A program made the position numbers and the translations under genes. Under the pieces are notes generated by a model. The model was not told the origin of the DNA and did not search any database. It saw only the letters and a list, made by a program, of their open reading frames with translations. From positions 104,227 to 168,226 of the forward strand of contig CAYPKR010000001.1 in assembly GCA_964411375.1 (NCBI GenBank): a DNA stretch of 64,000 bases. The letters run 5' to 3'. Each line of letters starts with the position of its first letter. Position 1 is the stretch's first letter. Positions 10,370 to 20,417 of this stretch are shown one piece after another. The DNA comes from an uncultured Candidatus Saccharibacteria bacterium. GTDB taxonomy: Bacteria > Patescibacteriota > Minisyncoccia > Phycocordibacterales > UBA12088.

Positions 10370-12271
10370 TTACTGTGGAGTGAGCGTATTTCCCGGAACA
10401 GGAGGCGTCGCTATAGTTTCAGCAGGCGGTTCAGGAAGTGATTCTTCTGCACTACCTGCCGCTTCATCAGCAAGTTCTTGTTTCGCTTTTCTGATTGAGA
10501 GGAGCTGCGATGGGTCCGAGGTAATGATCTGATCTTCGGTGTATGAAGCGATAATCTTGATTGCCACATGCTTCACTCCAGCAAAGAATATCCCCTCCCC
10601 CACTTGAGACTCTAGAAGTAGGTATTTTTCCTCATCAGTTAGGTTAAATGTTTTTTGGAGTGTATCAATCGATGTCGGCGACTGCTTAAGCAGCATTTGG
10701 ATCGATGAGTTCGTGATCATCGGACCTCCATAGGGTGATTTCAAAAAGTCATCCACGTCTTGGGTGATTGTAGCGAGTCCGAGATAGTATTTACGTCCGC
10801 GCTTCGCAATTCCATAGAGGAATGACGCAGTATCTTCTGATTTCATCATCCACCACGCCTCGTCAACGACAAGGAGACGCTTCTTGAGCTGTTTTCGGAC
10901 TGTTGTCCAAATGAAATTGGTGATGATGTACATTGCGACCGGCTTCAGCTCGTCTTCCATGTCGCGAACCGAGAACACAACGAATTTTTTGTTGATGTCG
11001 ATGTTGGTCGGCTTGTTGATGAAGTTTGACCACGAACCGCGGGTGTATTTAGAAAGACGCTGCACAATTGATTCGCTTCCCTCCATGCCGGCGAGCACGA
11101 GCTCAAAGTCGGAGAGTAGTGGTGGTGTTACCGCAGTAAAGTCAGAATTCGGTGTGATGTCCTTCAAAGCATAGGTTTCAGTGATTGCACGATCAACCAC
11201 CGCATCTTCTTCAGGGGTGAGTCCGCCAAGCATAATACGAAAGAGTCCAACCAAGCTGATGATGTTGGATCGGAGAATGTTTGCAGGCGTTTCATCGTCG
11301 CGCGGTGGTGGAAGGTCGAATGGGTTGATGTGGAAACCGGAAGAAAGCGAAATATTAAAATATCGTCCGCCAGTCGCTTCTGCCATGTACTCATATTCGC
11401 GTTCTGGGTCGATGACGATAACGTCGGTGTCAAACATAAGTGAGCGCAAAATTTCAAGCTTCACCGCGTACGATTTGCCGGAACCAGATTTTGCAAAGAC
11501 TACCGAGTTGTAGTTTTCCATCGAGAAGCGGTCAAAGAGGACCAAGCTCGAGTTGTGGCGGTTGATGCCGTAAAGAATCCCCTTGTCTGCAGTAAGGTCG
11601 AACGAAACAAACGGGAAAAAGCTTGAGAGTGGGCCGGAATTGAGTTTTGAGTGCACAAGAAGTTCATCAGATGCGATTGGAATAACGCTTCGATATCCTT
11701 GTTCCTGTTGAAAAAGTGCTGGTTTCAAATAAATAAGCTGTGCTTCGAGAAGCGACTTGATCTCGTTTTCCGTTTTATCAAGTTCGTCACGCGTGTCTGC
11801 GTAAATTGAAATATAGAGTCCAACATCAAAGAGACGCTCTTGGGCTTGTTGCAGTCGATCGCGAAGTTCTTCAAGGTTTTGATAGGCAGTATCGAGCATC
11901 GGGTCGCGGACAAGTCCGCGCTCTTCGCGCACTTGGATCTGACTTTCAACTTCCGCCACTTTCTTCTGGAATTTTTTGAGAACGACACCGGTGTCGATTG
12001 GGTGCACGAATATCGAGATATCAAACACTTTGTCGAGGTTGATGATTGGATAGAACCAGTTATTCGACAAGAATCGCGGATACGAGATGACGAAAAACGA
12101 ACGCATCACCTTCTCGCCGAGATTCAATTCTCTTGGCGTTACTTGGAGTGCGGAAGGCGCAATGACATCTTTAAGTTCCAAGACACCGGTCTCGTAGATT
12201 TCTTGCGGCAACACTGGTTCAAGTGATACCGGACCGCCGCTTTTATTTTTTATGAAATCAAATAAGCCCAT
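10370..12271 (-). CDS. VirB4/TraC-like type IV secretion ATPase
   Basis: YGIN...FDRF, Walker A AKSGSGKS, VIDPEREY, INPFD, Walker B VVDEAW, KRGRKY, ITQDV. Confidence 0.9.
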   Translation of the reverse strand: MGLFDFIKNKSGGPVSLEPVLPQEIYETGVLELKDVIAPSALQVTPRELNLGEKVMRSFFVISYPRFLSNNWFYPIINLDKVFDISIFVHPIDTGVVLKKFQKKVAEVESQIQVREERGLVRDPMLDTAYQNLEELRDRLQQAQERLFDVGLYISIYADTRDELDKTENEIKSLLEAQLIYLKPALFQQEQGYRSVIPIASDELLVHSKLNSGPLSSFFPFVSFDLTADKGILYGINRHNSSLVLFDRFSMENYNSVVFAKSGSGKSYAVKLEILRSLMFDTDVIVIDPEREYEYMAEATGGRYFNISLSSGFHINPFDLPPPRDDETPANILRSNIISLVGLFRIMLGGLTPEEDAVVDRAITETYALKDITPNSDFTAVTPPLLSDFELVLAGMEGSESIVQRLSKYTRGSWSNFINKPTNIDINKKFVVFSVRDMEDELKPVAMYIITNFIWTTVRKQLKKRLLVVDEAWWMMKSEDTASFLYGIAKRGRKYYLGLATITQDVDDFLKSPYGGPMITNSSIQMLLKQSPTSIDTLQKTFNLTDEEKYLLLESQVGEGIFFAGVKHVAIKIIASYTEDQIITSDPSQLLSIRKAKQELADEAAGSAEESLPEPPAETIATPPVPGNTLTPQ

Positions 12272-12286
12272 AGAAGATAGTATGCA

Positions 12287-12955
12287 TTACTGGCGTTGAT
12301 TTTGGAGCGGGATTGGTCGTTCAAGCTCTCCAATGTTAAAGATTTTGTAGAACAATTCAATCACTTCTTCGGTTGAAAGTTGTGCAACGCGAACACCGGT
12401 GCGTGACATTCCCTGCTCGACGATCGCCATCCTTTGTTCAAGCTGTGAACGATTCTCTTCAAACGATTCATTTTTTTCTTCCGCTGTTTTCTTCGGCGCA
12501 CGTCCAAACGCACTTCCGACACTTCCAAGTACTCCGGCCTTTGGATCAACGATTGCTGGCGAGTATGGCACCACTACGAAGAAACTTTTCGTCATAATGT
12601 TCGTTCCCTCGGTCAAACTTTTGACGAAATCAATGTACTCTTTCACCTGAATTTTCATGAGGTCATTGCTTTGCTCAGGAAGTCTTGCTTCAAGAAGTGC
12701 AACGTACGGTCGAATATCGAGTTCGCGCGACTGGATAAATATCTGCACCGAAAAATCGAGTGAATTGAGGAAACTTTGAAATTGCAAAAGGATTGCTTCC
12801 TGTTCCGGTTCGCTTTTAAGAGCGATGTTTAGGGAAGATGCCATAAATATTCCTCGCAGAGACTTGTCTTTTAAAATCACAATACCGTCTCGTACTTCTT
12901 CGATCGGAACGAAGTCTTGCGTGGGGCTTATATTTGAATTTGAAAAAAGAGCCAT
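12287..12955 (-). CDS. Protein resembling the N-terminal part of VirB4/TraC
   Basis: TQDFVPIEEVRDGIVILK, NIALKS...FQSFLNSLDFSVQI, FFVVVPY; lies between prgI and virB4. Confidence 0.75.
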   Translation of the reverse strand: MALFSNSNISPTQDFVPIEEVRDGIVILKDKSLRGIFMASSLNIALKSEPEQEAILLQFQSFLNSLDFSVQIFIQSRELDIRPYVALLEARLPEQSNDLMKIQVKEYIDFVKSLTEGTNIMTKSFFVVVPYSPAIVDPKAGVLGSVGSAFGRAPKKTAEEKNESFEENRSQLEQRMAIVEQGMSRTGVRVAQLSTEEVIELFYKIFNIGELERPIPLQNQRQ

Positions 12956-12957
12956 AC

Positions 12958-13401
12958 TTATTTGTCCTCGTTAGTATTTTGATTATCACCGCCCATCTTC
13001 TCTCGGATGTCCAAGCTCCACGCAAGGTCTTTGAGACGGCTCTCTCCAACTTTCGGTACGACCAGCGTGTTCTGGGTTCGCGCTTCTACCCCGACATTCT
13101 CTACCTTTTTCGGCGCTTCCTTTTTCCACAAATAGAGTCGATTTTTCAACACATAATAATAGAATGCCGACTCAAGGACGCGGATAAACGGCTGATCGTT
13201 CATTCGAAAGAATGCGAGGAGGACGCCGAGAATGATGAATGGAATTCCGAGCGCGATTGCGATGATCGTTGGAAAAAATGTCTTGAAGACAAATATGGAT
13301 GCGACGCCACCAGCCAAATAGAGAAATTGCTTAAAGGTGAACGGACCGAAAATTTTATCTTCAACCTCGATGAATTGAGGAACTTTAAATACCATATTCA
13401 T
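12958..13401 (-). CDS. PrgI-family (VirB3-like) membrane protein
   Basis: FKVPQFIEVEDKIFGPFTFKQF N-terminus followed by two TM helices. Confidence 0.85.
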   Translation of the reverse strand: MNMVFKVPQFIEVEDKIFGPFTFKQFLYLAGGVASIFVFKTFFPTIIAIALGIPFIILGVLLAFFRMNDQPFIRVLESAFYYYVLKNRLYLWKKEAPKKVENVGVEARTQNTLVVPKVGESRLKDLAWSLDIREKMGGDNQNTNEDK

Positions 13402-13499
13402 CTACAGTATAGCGCGCCAGCAGACTGATACATAGACTGAACGACATGCAATTATGAAGAACGCATCGAAACTCTTTCGACTCAATGCAACAAAACTAT

Positions 13500-14309
13500 C
13501 TACACTGTTTCTCGGTACGGATCAGCCGATGGTTTAGGAGTAGTTGGCGGCGCGCTTGCGTCTGGAGTTGCTGGTTTTGGTGCGGTTGATGGAGAAATCG
13601 GCAACTTTGATTCTGTTTTTTTCTCCTCCCCAACTTGAATCCCAAACGATTTGAAGCTGATTGATGATGCGCTTAAAGGAGCTGCTATCTCTTTTTGCGA
13701 TTCTACTTTCGGTAGAGTCACCGGCGTGTCTGTTGTAGGCGCTGGAGTCGGTACTTTTGGTGCGGCGGTTACTGGAGCAGCAGTTGTCGAAACACCTCGT
13801 AACTTATCGGCAACGATATTTTTTGGTACTGCAGGGAGTGGAACTACAGCCGCTTGTGGAAGCGCGTCATCTACCGGTTCACGGTAGCGATCATTACTGA
13901 CCGGAAGGTTTGGTGCCGGAGGAGCGGTTGGGCGTAGTGCATCTCCTGGTGTCACCGGTGGAAGCGTTGATCCGAATTCTTGTGCTTGTTTGTTGATGAA
14001 GGACTCAAGTTTTTCTCGGATTGGATGAAAAATCTGATCATTTACATCCCGTGCCAACGCGCGCGAATCCTCTGGAGAAATAGCAAGCTCCCTTCTTGCG
14101 TTATTCACGAACTCATCGGGGCTCTCCATTCCCATAAGGACAAGCACGACTTCATTTTCAAGCACACTCGCTTTGTCGATATGGAGACGATATTTCTGCA
14201 TGATCGCAGCAAGCTTTACGCGAAGATCACTTGCCATGATCGCCTGCTGAAGTTCGGGCGGTAGCTTGTTGTACTGCTCTTTGAATATTTTTTGTACGTT
14301 TTCTTCCAT
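13500..14309 (-). CDS. Hypothetical protein: helical N-domain, Pro-rich tail, DxYRE motif twice
   Basis: ORF track; DRYREPV internally and DPYRETV at the C-terminus. Confidence 0.7.
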   Translation of the reverse strand: MEENVQKIFKEQYNKLPPELQQAIMASDLRVKLAAIMQKYRLHIDKASVLENEVVLVLMGMESPDEFVNNARRELAISPEDSRALARDVNDQIFHPIREKLESFINKQAQEFGSTLPPVTPGDALRPTAPPAPNLPVSNDRYREPVDDALPQAAVVPLPAVPKNIVADKLRGVSTTAAPVTAAPKVPTPAPTTDTPVTLPKVESQKEIAAPLSASSISFKSFGIQVGEEKKTESKLPISPSTAPKPATPDASAPPTTPKPSADPYRETV

Positions 14310-14321
14310 ATCAGTTCAGTA

Positions 14322-16457
14322 TTATGGCGTAGCTGCTCCACCACCAGGTGCTGCTCCCCCTCCTGCCGGAGCCGCACCGCCGCCTGCGGGTGCACCACCT
14401 GCAGGAGCTGCCCCCCCGCCAGTATCTGTTGCAGTTTCTGTAAGGAAATCCTCAAGAATTTTCTGCTTCTTATCCTTACCTTGCGTACGTGCGTAATCTC
14501 TCGCTGCCTTATATGTCGGTCGAGACCAACCAAGAACATTCCATGCCTTATTAATACCTTCCTTTGGTCCAGGAGCTGCGCCGTCACTATACGATTTGGA
14601 CAAAGCACCTGCGCGCTCTCTACCTCGATTTCCCGCAATCTCGCTAGCAATTTGATGCTTGTCCATCTTCTCAACATTGGTGACAAGCTGCCTTTGTTTC
14701 TTGATTTCTCCCTGCAATCGGTCAATCTTGCGTGCCTCAACTGCTCTCTGTTCAGGGGTAAGAGTAGCATCAGTAGATGCAGTAGTTGCTGTTCCGAGCG
14801 CAGTATTAAGGTCAGTAAGTTTATTGCGTTGGACATTTTTAAATGCCTCCTGACTTTCATCCGTAAAGTCTTTAGCGGTAACCGTGTTCTTACCAACCAA
14901 GCTAATTTGATCCTTGTAGTATTTCTCGTTTTCGTCGCGAAGCTTACTATACGTACTCTTGCTTCCCTTGCCGAGAGGTACTCCAAGTTTTCCTGAGTAT
15001 TTACCAACTGTTGCTGTATTTCGTGCGTCAAACGTACTCTTCGAAGTTCTTTCAGAGCCAGTAATAATCTTTCGAGCCATCCATCCCTTTGCAGTTGCTT
15101 GTGATCCTGCCTGTCGCAGTGATTCAGATTCGGCAAGATTGAGTGCAGCGCGACCAATCGACTGTCGACCGACAAATGCAACGCCACCTGTTGCGGCGCC
15201 AAGCGCAAATCCTGCAAGCGTATTTCCCCAGCCGGTAGCAAATTTGCCGAAGTCCCCTGCATATTTTTTGGTAATTCTAATTGCAACAATAAGCAATGCA
15301 ATCGCAAGAATGTATTGGAACAAAAATTGATTGGTCGAGTTTCTTGATGATACGAATATCTGAGTGCTCGATAGCACTTTTATGACCACGAACAACAAGA
15401 ACAAAAATAGTGGCGCAACAAGCGATTGATGGATCAACAAATCTTTCCAATCGCTAAAATATTTTTTAGTTCCCGGAAGAATCGAAGCGACGAATGCGGC
15501 AGGCGAAACTACAATTAAATATATAAACGCAACAATGCGTACAAAAATAACAAGGGCTGCTTGGAAGAATATCCAAGCAGCAACAAAACCAAAGAGTGCC
15601 TGAACCGTTAAAATGAGAAGTGGGCGATATTTTCCCTTCCCATCCGAAAGCGTTTGTGAAATATCCACTTTCTGGAAATGGTTATCGAGTCCCATTAGGC
15701 TTCGTATAGCACCTCCGAGATCGGCATCTCCATTGGCGTCAGGAGGCGCAATAGAAGAATAAATTGCGTAGGCAAAGATATTTGATATGTCGATGACAAA
15801 GCGAGTGATAAAGAAGCTGAAATTGACGAGAAGCGCGATAACGATAACCTTTGCGAGGAGCTGTCTTCCGCCGCCGCCAAGATCAAGCATCGTAGCAACG
15901 CCTATATATATGAGAATGAAAATAAAGGAGAGGTTTGCAAAATCTCGAAGGACCGTCCAGCCGACAACCAATCCACTATAAAAATTATCGATAATATTTG
16001 TGAATACCGATATTTTCAGTGTGTAATCGAGTAACGTTGCTGTCCATTCAACAAGTACACCCGCAAGCCACCATAAGGCAGTCACGGCCCCCTCTAAAAT
16101 ACAGTAACCCGGATCCTTCAAGAATCCACTTGGCCAGCCTCCGGTACCTACTTCCGTGCACTTGACTGGATCGTCATCTCCAAGTTCGAGTACAGCCTGT
16201 CCAATTGAAGGAGGTGCCTGACCGGTTTCCTGACATCTCACTCCTATCCCTGGAAGATATGTTCTTGTACAGGTAGGCTGGGTTTGTAAGGCTCCAATTT
16301 GAGCGCTCGCTGTCGGCATAAATACCGAAAACATTGGCGCGATAACCGCAATAAGTATGAACGCCGCAACCACTCGCTTATGAATAACCAAGCGAGTGGT
16401 TCCTCGAATCCCCTTTCGGAGAAGAGCTATTCCTTTATAGTAGGCGTTCTTGAACAT
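14322..16457 (-). CDS. VirB6/TrbL-like polytopic membrane protein with long cytoplasmic tail
   Basis: GWTVLRDFANLSFIFILIYIG, LLVNFSFFITRFVIDISN, multiple TMs, SPAAF...ILP; start set at MFKNAY next to the upstream stop. Confidence 0.75.
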   Translation of the reverse strand: MFKNAYYKGIALLRKGIRGTTRLVIHKRVVAAFILIAVIAPMFSVFMPTASAQIGALQTQPTCTRTYLPGIGVRCQETGQAPPSIGQAVLELGDDDPVKCTEVGTGGWPSGFLKDPGYCILEGAVTALWWLAGVLVEWTATLLDYTLKISVFTNIIDNFYSGLVVGWTVLRDFANLSFIFILIYIGVATMLDLGGGGRQLLAKVIVIALLVNFSFFITRFVIDISNIFAYAIYSSIAPPDANGDADLGGAIRSLMGLDNHFQKVDISQTLSDGKGKYRPLLILTVQALFGFVAAWIFFQAALVIFVRIVAFIYLIVVSPAAFVASILPGTKKYFSDWKDLLIHQSLVAPLFLFLLFVVIKVLSSTQIFVSSRNSTNQFLFQYILAIALLIVAIRITKKYAGDFGKFATGWGNTLAGFALGAATGGVAFVGRQSIGRAALNLAESESLRQAGSQATAKGWMARKIITGSERTSKSTFDARNTATVGKYSGKLGVPLGKGSKSTYSKLRDENEKYYKDQISLVGKNTVTAKDFTDESQEAFKNVQRNKLTDLNTALGTATTASTDATLTPEQRAVEARKIDRLQGEIKKQRQLVTNVEKMDKHQIASEIAGNRGRERAGALSKSYSDGAAPGPKEGINKAWNVLGWSRPTYKAARDYARTQGKDKKQKILEDFLTETATDTGGGAAPAGGAPAGGGAAPAGGGAAPGGGAATP
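14325..14421 (-). repeat. Low-complexity Gly-Ala-Pro peptide repeat at the VirB6-like C-terminus
   Basis: GGGAAPAGGAPAGGGAAPAGGGAAPGGGAATP. Confidence 0.8.
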
Positions 16458-16458
16458 G

Positions 16459-17775
16459 TTATGGACCTGTTGGTGGAGTGGTGTCAGGCGGTGGAGGCAC
16501 ATCGGTCTGCACTGGCGGTGAGAATACGTAACTGATACCTGCTGGGGGATGGAGATACTGTTGTTGAATCGCGAGCAATTGTTCGAGGCTTGTCGCCGCT
16601 TGTACTTGGAGGAGCAGATTTCGTAGGAAATCGATTGATCGCTGAATTTGTGCAGAGACTGCAGGGTCGGTTGAAGTGTTTAGCGCGGCAATGAGGCTGT
16701 TCAAACTTGCTTGAATTTCACTGATGAGCTCTTGGCGAAGCACCGTTTCTGCATTTCCGCCAGTCTGCCCTGTCATTCTGGTGATGTACGAGTTGTCTCC
16801 TCCCTCGGTAGTTCCAAAGAGTCCGCCAACATCGGTCAAGATTATCTGCATGAGTTGTGCCATGAGCGCATCGACGATTTCATCGATGGAATCCGCAATC
16901 TCAAGTTGATAGAATCCAGTACCCGTCACCTTGTCGACAGCGTTTTGCGCCAATTGTCCGGGAGTCAGTGTCTCGTATTCCATACATACTGGCGTACCGT
17001 CCGCATTAGTCAGTGTGGTGCTTTCCTTCACACACTGCTGAACACCGAGGAATCCTCCGTTTACTGATAGGTTGAAACCCCAGTTTTGAATGCTGTTGCC
17101 GATGCGGACGCCCATCGTAGTTTGCGCATTGTAAAATGCAGTAACCGGATTATTTTCTGGGTGGGTGCTAACCGCAAGCCATTGATCCCAGTTTTGTACT
17201 CCCGAGAGACCGGCATAAAAGTTGTCGATATTTGCCATCACTCGAGTCAGCGTACACGCATTTTGATTACGTCTCTGTGCGAAGTAGGCGGTATTCAGCG
17301 CGATCTGAATTTGCAGTTGGAATGGCCGACAGACAAATCCAAGTCCAATCTCTCCAATGAAGTCGCCGGCAGCGCGATCTGCCATGTCGGTGAAAAATGC
17401 TTCCGGATTTTGTACGAAATCGGGTGAACCTTCGAATCCAGAATTGATCCACCGCACAATGCTTGCCGTAATTTCTGCAATGAGTGCGCGTTTCAAAACT
17501 TTGACGAGCGCATCGAGCACGCACTTGATGAATACTTCCGAGTTTGTCGCAATGGCAGTCGAGCTGATGCCTGGATGATCGATTGGAACTGAGGTGAGTG
17601 CTTGCCAAATTTCTGCGCCGATCGCGATGACGCCGCCGATCACAGGGCCGAGACATCCAGCCATTCCCACGGTGCCACCCTGCGCATATGCTTGCCTTGC
17701 AAAGAGTGCAGGGGTTGCGACAAATGAAAGTACCAGAACAATCGCGACTATTTTTTTACCGAAGTACGATCGCAT
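16459..17775 (-). CDS. Secreted/membrane protein of the T4SS-like locus
   Basis: Signal ending AYAQ; IVRWINSGFEGSPDFVQNP, paired Cys, TPG motif; Pro-rich tail; start set at MRSYF. Confidence 0.65.
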   Translation of the reverse strand: MRSYFGKKIVAIVLVLSFVATPALFARQAYAQGGTVGMAGCLGPVIGGVIAIGAEIWQALTSVPIDHPGISSTAIATNSEVFIKCVLDALVKVLKRALIAEITASIVRWINSGFEGSPDFVQNPEAFFTDMADRAAGDFIGEIGLGFVCRPFQLQIQIALNTAYFAQRRNQNACTLTRVMANIDNFYAGLSGVQNWDQWLAVSTHPENNPVTAFYNAQTTMGVRIGNSIQNWGFNLSVNGGFLGVQQCVKESTTLTNADGTPVCMEYETLTPGQLAQNAVDKVTGTGFYQLEIADSIDEIVDALMAQLMQIILTDVGGLFGTTEGGDNSYITRMTGQTGGNAETVLRQELISEIQASLNSLIAALNTSTDPAVSAQIQRSIDFLRNLLLQVQAATSLEQLLAIQQQYLHPPAGISYVFSPPVQTDVPPPPDTTPPTGP

Positions 17776-17776
17776 A

Positions 17777-18700
17777 TTAGATGTGGTAGGTTGCAAAATA
17801 CAACGCAAGATTTTGAGAAGCAGAAACTGAACCTCGCTCGAGTGCTTGATAATTCTGGATGGTTACTGCTGCTAAGACCGGATCGACTTCGAGTGTGCGT
17901 ACGGAATCAAGTGAAGAAACATACGCAGAAAATGCATTCAAAAATGAAAGGTGCACAGAAACTGCGCTTGGTGGAACTGGCACATGTGCAAGATCATCAA
18001 CAATATTTTTGTAGAGCGTCACGATATCGTCCGCAGCTTTGCGCGCATTTTTATCTTTCGGATTTTCAATTGAAAGCCCAATAGTATAGAGCTCATTCCC
18101 TTGCACATCTTTTGCAGGTGCAAATATCGAGAGTATTTGCGCTTTGTACGTGCTTCTCGTCGAAGTACTTTCGGAAACAAGAGTGAGATCAGACACCGTG
18201 TACTTTTTTGCAAGCGCACGCTTGACCGAAGAATCAACGAGTGTGTTCACCAACGCTTGTTCGTGCGCTTTATCGAGGGTTCCTGATTGTTTTTGCGCCA
18301 TGACCGTATTAAAAAGATCGCGCGCAACTTGATCGGTAAGGGTACCTTGCGCGTTTGCGCTCGAAGAAGTCACGAGTGTGCTCGTTGCCGCCTTGCTGAC
18401 GATATCATTTGGTCCAGGAATAAGTGGATTTCTTCCCGCTTTTACTTCATCACCATCTGAAGTTCCATCACCGTCAGTATCGGATTTGTTGGTATTGGTT
18501 GATAGTAATGTTTCTTCCCAATCGAGGAGCCCATCACCATCGGTATCTGCTTTCGAAATCGCCGCAGTTTCAGCAAGAATCGGATCAGTTTTAGAAATCG
18601 TTTGTGCTTTTTTGGACCAAAAGAAAAAAGCAAGAATGCCCGCAACAATAAGCAGCGTGATTCCTACAAAAATAAACGTTATCGGCAGTCTGCCGCGCAT
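17777..18700 (-). CDS. Membrane-anchored protein with Ca-binding DxDxDG (TSP3-like) repeats
   Basis: TM helix then DTDGDGLLDWEE...DTDGDGTSDGDEV...GRNP; start set at MRGRL, 9 nt after a TATACT box. Confidence 0.75.
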   Translation of the reverse strand: MRGRLPITFIFVGITLLIVAGILAFFFWSKKAQTISKTDPILAETAAISKADTDGDGLLDWEETLLSTNTNKSDTDGDGTSDGDEVKAGRNPLIPGPNDIVSKAATSTLVTSSSANAQGTLTDQVARDLFNTVMAQKQSGTLDKAHEQALVNTLVDSSVKRALAKKYTVSDLTLVSESTSTRSTYKAQILSIFAPAKDVQGNELYTIGLSIENPKDKNARKAADDIVTLYKNIVDDLAHVPVPPSAVSVHLSFLNAFSAYVSSLDSVRTLEVDPVLAAVTIQNYQALERGSVSASQNLALYFATYHI

Positions 18701-18806
18701 TTGTCTTTTAGTATAGCAGCAGAGTCTATGTCCTTTAGCGTGGAACAACTATATGAGTGTGGATACTGAATTGTGAATGAATATTTTTTGGATCACTTTA
18801 ATTTTG

Positions 18807-18842
18807 AAAAGAGAAAAGCCGACGCGCTTGCGCACGTCGGCT
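18807..18842 (-). terminator. Intrinsic terminator of the lipoprotein gene
   Basis: Stem AGCCGACG/CGTCGGCT preceded by an A-rich tract on the + strand. Confidence 0.65.
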
Positions 18843-18877
18843 CTCGTTGCCTCCTTTCATTTAGGAGCGAGGATCTC

Positions 18878-19189
18878 CTACGAGGTCGGGGTGAACACCT
18901 CCACCCCAAGCTTGTTGCAGGTCATTCGATGACCGCCAGTCGCCAACCACTCGAGGTTGTCTGCGTTCAGTTTGCACTGGTGCCTCTGCATGTCGTCCTG
19001 CATCTTGTTCTGGTCGAAGTCGGTTTGCTTGGGACCAAAGGGATTCCAGCCTGCAGCCTGGACACCGCTGGCACCGAGCTTTGCCGCTATCGCTGGAGCC
19101 ATGGCACCGCCCAGCTGAGCACATCCAGCAAGACTGGAAACCATCAGGAGCATTGCCGCCGCCAGCGGCAGAGTATTACGAGTCTTCAT
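18878..19189 (-). CDS. Small putative lipoprotein
   Basis: MKTRN + hydrophobic stretch + lipobox LAGC; SD-like GGGAGAG; visibly more GC-rich than its neighbours. Confidence 0.6.
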   Translation of the reverse strand: MKTRNTLPLAAAMLLMVSSLAGCAQLGGAMAPAIAAKLGASGVQAAGWNPFGPKQTDFDQNKMQDDMQRHQCKLNADNLEWLATGGHRMTCNKLGVEVFTPTS

Positions 19190-19338
19190 GGGATCTCTCC
19201 CGCTCGCGGGGCTTGGATTAGCCCAATCGCTGAAATAAGTAATGCCATACTTTTAAAAAAAATGCAAGTGGGGAATTTTCGAGCAGATGGTGGGGAAACC
19301 CGAAAATCCTGAAGGGATTTTCGGGTATACTCTTAAAT

Positions 19339-20415
19339 ATGCTGAAAAATGGCTTTTTTTTTGCACTTGCTATAGCAATTGGGGCGGTTTTTCTCTCCGC
19401 GGGACACCTGGGACTCGCCAATACATTCACTAGGAATCTAAGTCTTGGGATGAGCGGAGAGGATGTGAAAACCCTTCAAGCGTTTTTGAACAAAGATCCC
19501 CGCACCCAAATCGCCATAAGCGGGGTAGGTTCTCCCGGGAAAGAGACCGGATATTTCGGGCGGCTTACGAGTCAGGCAGTCGCTCGGTATCAAGAATTAC
19601 ATGCAGATACCATCCTTACTCCCGCCGGCTTAACAAAAGGAAGCGGGTACGTCGGATTTAATACGAGATCTGTTCTTGAGACGGCGATAACCGCAAAAAG
19701 TACCGAAAATTATACAACGCTTCTCTCCACCACTTCCCCTTGGCAGACCAATGGTCCGATTTCAACACTTCCGATTCAAAATCCTAAAGACGTAAACACT
19801 GCTTCTTTTGCCGCCGGCATGGGGAATCTCGAGCGGCCGCTCATGGCATTTTTCTCTACCTACGAAATTTCTCCTGGTGAAACGCTCACCATTACTGGCG
19901 GCGGATTTACCAACACCAATACAATTACCTTTGATACCAAGTACGGCACGCCGTTTACCCTCACTGGAACCTCGTCCAATGGGACTACTATTACTCTCTT
20001 AATTCCAAAAGATACCGCAATCGGTAAATACACTATTTGGGTATCAAACGAGCGGGGAAAAACGGAATATCCGAAACGACTTGCTGTCAAAAAGAAAGGA
20101 ACTCCCCCACCAGTGGTGACGAGCATCACCCCTTCTTCCGGAACGTACGGCACTGAAGTGACCGTAACCGGTGTCGGATTTACTCCTGAAGATAATGAAA
20201 TTCTTGGCGCACTCAGTATAATGGATCTACCGTCGAAGGATGGCGTGACGCTCCATTTTAAGATCGAGCCTATGTCAGAACTGTTTGCGCCAACCACCAC
20301 ACCGATCGGAACATGGAGAAAAGATTTCAGTTGGAATATGCGCCTTGGAGTCATCAACGCAAATGGACTCTCCTCCTCTGAACATCCAGTACAGTTTCAA
20401 TTCCACGCAGAATAA
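19339..20415 (+). CDS. Secreted protein: peptidoglycan-binding domain plus two IPT/TIG domains
   Basis: FTRNLSLGMSGEDVKTLQAFLN, GYFGRLTSQAVARYQ; ITPSSGTYGTEVTVTGVGF and PGETLTITGGGF. Confidence 0.85.
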   Translation: MLKNGFFFALAIAIGAVFLSAGHLGLANTFTRNLSLGMSGEDVKTLQAFLNKDPRTQIAISGVGSPGKETGYFGRLTSQAVARYQELHADTILTPAGLTKGSGYVGFNTRSVLETAITAKSTENYTTLLSTTSPWQTNGPISTLPIQNPKDVNTASFAAGMGNLERPLMAFFSTYEISPGETLTITGGGFTNTNTITFDTKYGTPFTLTGTSSNGTTITLLIPKDTAIGKYTIWVSNERGKTEYPKRLAVKKKGTPPPVVTSITPSSGTYGTEVTVTGVGFTPEDNEILGALSIMDLPSKDGVTLHFKIEPMSELFAPTTTPIGTWRKDFSWNMRLGVINANGLSSSEHPVQFQFHAE

Positions 20416-20417
20416 CC

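Noticed and set aside
14216-15307. 363 aa alternative-frame ORF and the 234 aa antisense ORF
   Set aside because: Shadow frames of the VirB6-like gene with no recognisable motifs
7438-18700. Conjugative element (ICE) call for the VirB4 locus
   Set aside because: No relaxase, coupling protein, integrase or boundary repeats in the window
18773-19312. 179 aa + strand ORF
   Set aside because: Overlaps the better supported minus-strand lipoprotein, which has an SD, lipobox and terminator
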